From Treponema sp. (lineage in GTDB: Bacteria; Spirochaetota; Spirochaetia; Treponematales; Treponemataceae), in assembly GCA_016296205.1 (NCBI GenBank), contig JAEDJS010000003.1, forward strand, positions 713 through 64,712: 64,000 nt of DNA, written 5' to 3'. The notes below the pieces were generated by a model that was not told the DNA's origin, ran no database searches, and saw only the letters and a list, made by a program, of their open reading frames with translations. Positions 61,101-64,000 of the stretch are shown in pieces; the stretch's first letter is position 1; every line of letters starts with the position of its first letter. Made by a program: the position numbers and the translations under genes.

Positions 61101-64000
61101 TTGCCCCAACATTGTATTCAACAACAGGTTCTTCTTATACAACAAATGCAGCAGGCAATAATTCTCTCAGACTTAAATCAGGAGATGCAATTATTTCTAC
61201 AAGTGAAGCAATTGCTCAGAGTGATTTTGTTTACAGCATTGGTGACCAGGTAATGGATGCAGGGTCTGGATTTGACAAGCTTGTATTCTATTTCCAGCGT
61301 GATATTGCAGGTCAGCCAAGTAGAGTTTATAACCCAATGATTGAATTGGAAAACTCCAGAACAGATTTGCAGACAAATGCCGCAGAAAAGAAACTTTACA
61401 TCAACACAGAAAACCTCCCTGCTTATACAGTTAAAGGTATGAGCAACGGTGCTAACTTTACTCCAACAGAAGCAGCTGATATTACTTCAAATAAAAATAT
61501 CCGCCGTGGTGGACTTGTAAAAGTAAAGGGTGCTTACTATACAATCAAGAGTATTAATACAACATCTGGTGTAGTTGGTTTGCAGAAGAAAAATATTTCT
61601 GGCGGTTATGTTGGTGCAAATATTCCGGAAGACACATCAGAAAGCACAGTTGAATTTATTTACGGTCAGGTAGTTGATCACTTTACAACAACAGAACAGC
61701 TTTCTAGTGATAGAAATGATGTTGATTTAAATGGCAACCTTAATGTAATTGAAGGTACAGACGATGGCGACAACATGCTTGAATATGTACAGGATCTTGG
61801 TTCAACAAAGAACTGGAGAGCTTCTATTAACAGTAAACATATTGCCGACGGTGTAATCAATATTCACGTTGTAGCCTTTGACCTTGCTGGAAACGTAAGT
61901 CATGGTTATGTAACTTCCATCGTTATGAACCATCGTCCACGTCTTGCAAAAGTTTATCTTGCAACAGACCTTAATGGTAACGGCAAGTTTGATTATACTC
62001 AGACAGATGGCAAAGTTAACGGTGAATTCTATAAATATTCAACTCTTGACGGCAGCGGAAAAACTGTTTCTGTAGCATCAATTGAATCAGATGACTTTGT
62101 AGCAAAAGACAAGCTCCTTATTCTTCCAGAATTTGTTAACGATTCTGGTGAATTAACTGGTAACGGTGAAATTAAATATCTTTACGATTTGGCCGATTCA
62201 ACTGCACCAAACATCAGGGCTCCAAAAACAGGAACTCCTTTAGCTATGGAAACAAAGGCTGCAATTACTGGAAACTATGCAGCAGGAACAAATGTTGCAA
62301 ATATCGTAAGCGAAAAAGGCGGTTTGTATTTTGCAGGCGGTTTGGCAGAAGGTGCAAAGAAAATGCAGATTACTTTCTGGGATAGCACAGACGGTATGAC
62401 TGCGGGAAGTGCAGATACAACTAAACAGTCACAGTGGGCAGTTTTGAATGTTCCACTTACAATTGACTTTGTAGATGATACTCCACCACATGGATTTGTT
62501 GCTCCATTCTTCTGGCATAACAAAACTCATAACAGTTTGTACCAGGGTTCAAGCAGTAACGGACATGTTGAACTTTACGCAGACCTTCCACCAGCTCTTA
62601 AGACAGGTTCTTTCACAGATGCAGAAAAAGTATCTGGTAAAGTAGTTGTCCGCGGATTTGCTTATGATGACGCTCGTCTTAAAACAATTACTGTAAATAT
62701 GGACGGCAAACCAATTGGTAGTGCTACTTATGAAAAAGCAACAGATACCTGGACATGCACACCAAATACAACAAATGGTGGTATTGCAGATTCAATGAAT
62801 GTTTACAAAGCTCTCCCAAGCGGAATGGAACTCAGCGACTTTGGTGCCGCAGAAGATGCATATCAGACAATGAAGGGACATAAAGTGTTCTGGGAAATTG
62901 CAGTTGATACAAGCAAAGTTACAGGAGTTGCCGCAAAAGGTAAAGCATTTACAGTTGCAGTATTTGACGAAGCAAATAATAAGACCAGTGGTGCAAACAA
63001 GCTTGACGGCACCGACGAACAGAACATTAAGTTGATCCATAACGTGGACGTTGTGCCGTATATTACAAAGATTAAGACGAATATCTCTGAAAGTGCTGGT
63101 GCAGAATTTGCCCGTTCAGCATTAGGTAAGTATTCTGTTTATGCAGGAGAAACAATTGTTGCAGAAGGATTTAATCTTACTGGCACATACCGTAGCGTAA
63201 AAATTGGAAACACAACAATTACCACAACTGTTACTGATGGCGCAATTAAAATCCCGGTAGGAACTACAGCAGTTTCTGGTAAAGTTGAATTTAGCATTGG
63301 TGCAGCACAGGCAAGTGCTGTTCCTGCAGTAAACAATACAAATAATAATCCTGAATTTGATTCAGAAGGTCAGATTACAAAATACCCATATAATAGCAAT
63401 GCTAATGGTAAAAATAATGACCGTTTGGATGATGATACGGAATTGTTAATCTGGGACATGGGAACATTTATTAACTCTACAAATATCACAAGTCCAATGA
63501 TGAAGATGGACACAGAAGGGAACTGGTATATGAGTTATGGAAAAGGTGTTCCAGAACTTATCAGTAATAAAAATGGTACAGAAACTCGGATAGACTACAG
63601 TTACAACAAGTTCCATAATAACAATGTAGCCTATGACGCAGATGGTGATATCTTTACAGTATCTACAAACACAGACCGAGTTGGCAATAGTTCTGCTAAG
63701 TTTTGTTTTTACTTTGGACAAGTCAAAAAGAATGAAAACGATTCATATTATCAATCTACTTGGGATGGAAAAAAAGCTCTTGAATATGTTTATAATCCAG
63801 CTACAGGAATTTATGATATTAACCGTGTAAAGAGACCTAAGATGAGAGCCTATGGTACAGGAGCTAATTCAACAGTTGCTTTGGCTTATTACGATTATAA
63901 CCATACAAAGAATCCAGTACGTTTCAGATATGGAACAGCATATAAAAATGATACGGAGGATTTTATATCTTCTGGTGGTTTTAGAAGTGATGCTGGTGGC
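52172..64000 (+). CDS. Giant surface lipoprotein with many bacterial Ig-like repeats (at least 3943 aa, runs off the window)
   Basis: MKNFIKIFVSLVSVIFIGVLLSC-EIGLG lipobox (Cys23); recurring DxxGN and (I/V)DxTxP motifs; frame spot-checked open at 56.3, 56.8, 60.4, 61.9 and 64.0 kb; the track lists no stop-terminated ORF in this frame. Confidence 0.9.
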   Translation, partial: MKNFIKIFVSLVSVIFIGVLLSCEIGLGKQVDVGYPSFSIDYPPTDSIIRDSFYIEGSCTDDVGVSAIRVKIINNSNPGQEEWQYAEILNDGKNNKEGSWRLKIDPFTVDEEGNINRIYHDGSYTAQVVAYDKAGHKSTVGSLSFSIDNTAPVFIVTSPASMKLQSPTPYGRKFSIAGYVSEDHLISQLNVAVYDKDNNLVGDKISFFNVDPSSIQSGKIIAQWSASAQNYLDAVEAGVDAVNPGDEIVLLHNNYLKLYNGGNKINMANPESLETHSYNVTIEMIDNAQCYKGRSVPADSEDSIGNRTTVFYNNDKINKSLLSSNGYGLTVDELKKIINGTYKKEKNSRALGSKNIDVKEVLEILGTGEINNIDKRSAFSLNPDASPKFTVIGLTYGTEGQPSPASNEKAAGTIISYTVTAGRDNIRVEPWNFSVLLYKGSVVDGNYVFESEPYVIKNVEYKEDNGSTSNYTGSFQLTDSYQLPEGTEVPAGMEKLVGRGVINGIACDVLKVAKRTVNVDGGYKYVDSDIIQFVPGDVYKVEIEGWDQNEESVYPEGLLSFGFAVAPSGNAPKLERGPSDSKDDYLINPANNGFVKNNKIIYSGEIRSEKELSSLEVEFNVEKPLESSSSERDFASAKLISAVDGIHVKKLGKVNGENQYSFEFSIDDLISESTAPSASYKYSEEIKNALLNNSDTIYQYQISFTAYDNSQAPSNTSQVFLNVDPIAPTVSLAEDFVNPAQSDALVSEYKLINGIVNIKTTITEDNIDRVWYEAKFGTAGNYTDLYMMNGGELTEVLYSTKTAEIRDTFDTLCATKKYYDVERNPVVIADNCELVLTVFARDKSGNVTSKSKTYYINQESDKPIISFTNVEETIEDVGGIREANISGKAKNNIFASSQQGLSGFVTDDDGLKQIKVEFFKDKECTEGAGSKIINITDGSTSWNSMEEQFKVPKEEGVYYAKVTAVDINNVNKESRLFAIAVDSGVPNIVITGYDGKYFASKESSSDDARTISGTVSDSSKYLKIKVSGVKINDNQTTTETPDISTNYNDEVEIPAASINSVGDYSFKDILKTPAKDGTYSYVITAEDLYGRKAEKTIQYKVDVTKPYAFALFERGSELSPAGAKTTSPKFYILASDEINGTGAIIGASSSGVLSIDYSNQYKDGTWKDGDSSAWDITSRGNISAKEITVDHEAYAAVMTKVGTLTDEQKAKLKVYGGTVILQDGKTNKVSFVIKDAAGNELILKDALYIDIDNSAPTIQVGNDVSTIQADTVDLGTSNVKEDVTFNVTFTENLKFQDRNPISCVVTNSLGEVTIGTDYVFSDNEVVAGKKIVRKISLPKTGKHDGNWTFKFTCKDSANMSATKTVKILVDTTAPVYKSMKVGKYGYEAGRWSESGTFTLEGTWTEAGSGITMLEYWFTNSSTVPGKDVAADGSINPAQGKGDSASDWTFKQNFNFDDGENYFYIRPTDEAGNVGEYQQFHFNVDTTVPELTITGDTEIFKRSDDTITISGTLSDSVSYLNNWYAIRIFAGDYNKNYLDYENSAVQHYSNEVGFAASLHDCSAKGCNPVHTPDNLQNWRPSGSQIYAFDKSGSFSINIDKSKLPRENGKLKTQYILSVVGEDYKENRSTKTVTLNLDDELPTVTINAIHNLVNRNEKTNNVNKSFTIQGTNTDNDKVSSKSIKIYKTNDPLKTDVSGTTGLVSEDSESLITKWKYTIDSSKLDDKTSYTIEVTATDRTGNSNKASQEVYVDQSTDIPYFSSTNANVDAVEAKTNLFGMGNWSIKGVAEDDDGIKLITYKIGSGVETIYFPTGSETAGTTSKSCEFPIPRNLSGEQTLTIKVTDVSNVTLTKTIKFAVDNDAPSLSISKVNNKSYASGMFVKAAFDIVLQGTDSSNDVIVYEIDTDGNKIGSNLSKSGSLFTAAIEGEQDTGGVAKSRMYKAEDKYGRYTETTVTYKVDTKNPTIDNTKFVIRGGNSGDKSISDLPSTWFNSQSVTIASVVNNEAISDVNLSSTVNVRISGDTSAVNSFDLTNTNGNGSFTNNQSLNNGTSVVLLTFSDEANHTIYSDFAVNVDTVEPFIASRSILSETGSTLSETSVVNGAKVTAKISVTDTASVETSGLKKAYIGTRAGFTDAAAEVSLTGKSVTDKTVDIPAAKLTRGRNELYLRVEDNAGNITADTSIGEFIWDTTPPVVKISIPADGSTVNKTIELSGTATDDNLDINARPSLYIDDSATPAVTGATSFDGSSWTITGIDTTALTDNANHRFTVKFTDKAGNTTSENNTITLTVNQSKDRPVITMLSIPTPNGSTVPMLKTKQLFGIVSDDDGTVKNLWYIDSADYVESNVPSAGNNNGWTPITLDNSSWNLEANCADGEHTWYFYCIDAKNTSFSTKAANVSERIVYKYKDSATEYAANTGIKFQFDTTSPEIQTIEYARESSTVTTAASSYSTSNWISLSDTYFGANYSKLYLKLTIQEDVAMDSTNPLEISIGGIDVALSGNISSSSSIVAGKKIYTYIVGPIDMASGAYGDGSQVINVVAKDAAGTKGYKNISIKVDNTPGSNTVTTPSSSTRLISGPIVMGTVQDGGSGIKSFSWMVPAKGVTPTTSTKAGWNLVTEEDGITPSTTTWSFALNDSGIGSLTNIATYADASKYNVVTNGSIYTIPLYFLIEDNLGNLSVMSHNITYDVDGGKPVAYILQPDGESALGGVIRVYGSAQDMNGSISEVHLQMDFNGDHNFNDADYAIVKAWKDAGYAPYNEAGVLVDKANGRNGEWYIKVPNGSENWNILLNRHGEFYTYSTSNNVNNKLQIRVRAYDNDTQTHGWYGMESGKHSEYVTFTINTDNPTFENVRLTKADGTAISYNGTTEFVTTTGGDWFLEGDIKHAEGIKYVEVKSNNAEGGTYNASWSQGNTLPESGQLILTKGTESSTKPGYFNYSFKIKIDPLLAAAGSSIEATIKATANNSNANTGSTPMAFKIDNVAPTLYSTTGSSYTTNAAGNNSLRLKSGDAIISTSEAIAQSDFVYSIGDQVMDAGSGFDKLVFYFQRDIAGQPSRVYNPMIELENSRTDLQTNAAEKKLYINTENLPAYTVKGMSNGANFTPTEAADITSNKNIRRGGLVKVKGAYYTIKSINTTSGVVGLQKKNISGGYVGANIPEDTSESTVEFIYGQVVDHFTTTEQLSSDRNDVDLNGNLNVIEGTDDGDNMLEYVQDLGSTKNWRASINSKHIADGVINIHVVAFDLAGNVSHGYVTSIVMNHRPRLAKVYLATDLNGNGKFDYTQTDGKVNGEFYKYSTLDGSGKTVSVASIESDDFVAKDKLLILPEFVNDSGELTGNGEIKYLYDLADSTAPNIRAPKTGTPLAMETKAAITGNYAAGTNVANIVSEKGGLYFAGGLAEGAKKMQITFWDSTDGMTAGSADTTKQSQWAVLNVPLTIDFVDDTPPHGFVAPFFWHNKTHNSLYQGSSSNGHVELYADLPPALKTGSFTDAEKVSGKVVVRGFAYDDARLKTITVNMDGKPIGSATYEKATDTWTCTPNTTNGGIADSMNVYKALPSGMELSDFGAAEDAYQTMKGHKVFWEIAVDTSKVTGVAAKGKAFTVAVFDEANNKTSGANKLDGTDEQNIKLIHNVDVVPYITKIKTNISESAGAEFARSALGKYSVYAGETIVAEGFNLTGTYRSVKIGNTTITTTVTDGAIKIPVGTTAVSGKVEFSIGAAQASAVPAVNNTNNNPEFDSEGQITKYPYNSNANGKNNDRLDDDTELLIWDMGTFINSTNITSPMMKMDTEGNWYMSYGKGVPELISNKNGTETRIDYSYNKFHNNNVAYDADGDIFTVSTNTDRVGNSSAKFCFYFGQVKKNENDSYYQSTWDGKKALEYVYNPATGIYDINRVKRPKMRAYGTGANSTVALAYYDYNHTKNPVRFRYGTAYKNDTEDFISSGGFRSDAGG

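Noticed and set aside
52330..63830. Numerous short ORFs at 52-64 kb, including 58360..58950(-), suggesting a gene desert or pseudogene
   Set aside because: They are antisense or off-frame shadows of the single giant plus-strand ORF.

Overview
AT-rich bacterial chromosome segment, most likely from a gut or rumen Treponema-like spirochaete (inferred from tRNA-Arg(GCG), spirochaetal-type lipoboxes and gene content). It is mostly housekeeping and metabolic: aroF-tyrA, three acyl-CoA synthetases with two XRE-cupin regulators, pflB/pflA, pyrB-pyrI-pyrC, transporters, peptidases, four tRNAs and SRP RNA. I found no integrase, transposase, prophage or CRISPR. Notable features not in the ORF track: (1) a lipoprotein ORF of more than 3,900 codons with Ig-like repeats, open from 52172 to the window end; (2) a compact, highly paired 6S-like RNA candidate at about 35.06-35.2 kb, flanked by diverged direct repeats; (3) four clusters of a GTC-tagged REP-like palindrome with compensatory stem changes and decaying ~20-nt half-REP arrays; (4) about 12 of roughly 30 transcript-leading genes with a sigma70 -10 box 6-7 nt before the ATG and no Shine-Dalgarno (SD), i.e. 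apparently leaderless; (5) an NrdR-box-like palindrome in the pflB leader; (6) a K+-channel-like gene with a GYFD filter paired with a stand-alone cNMP-binding protein. All functional calls come from motif recognition by eye; no searches were run.
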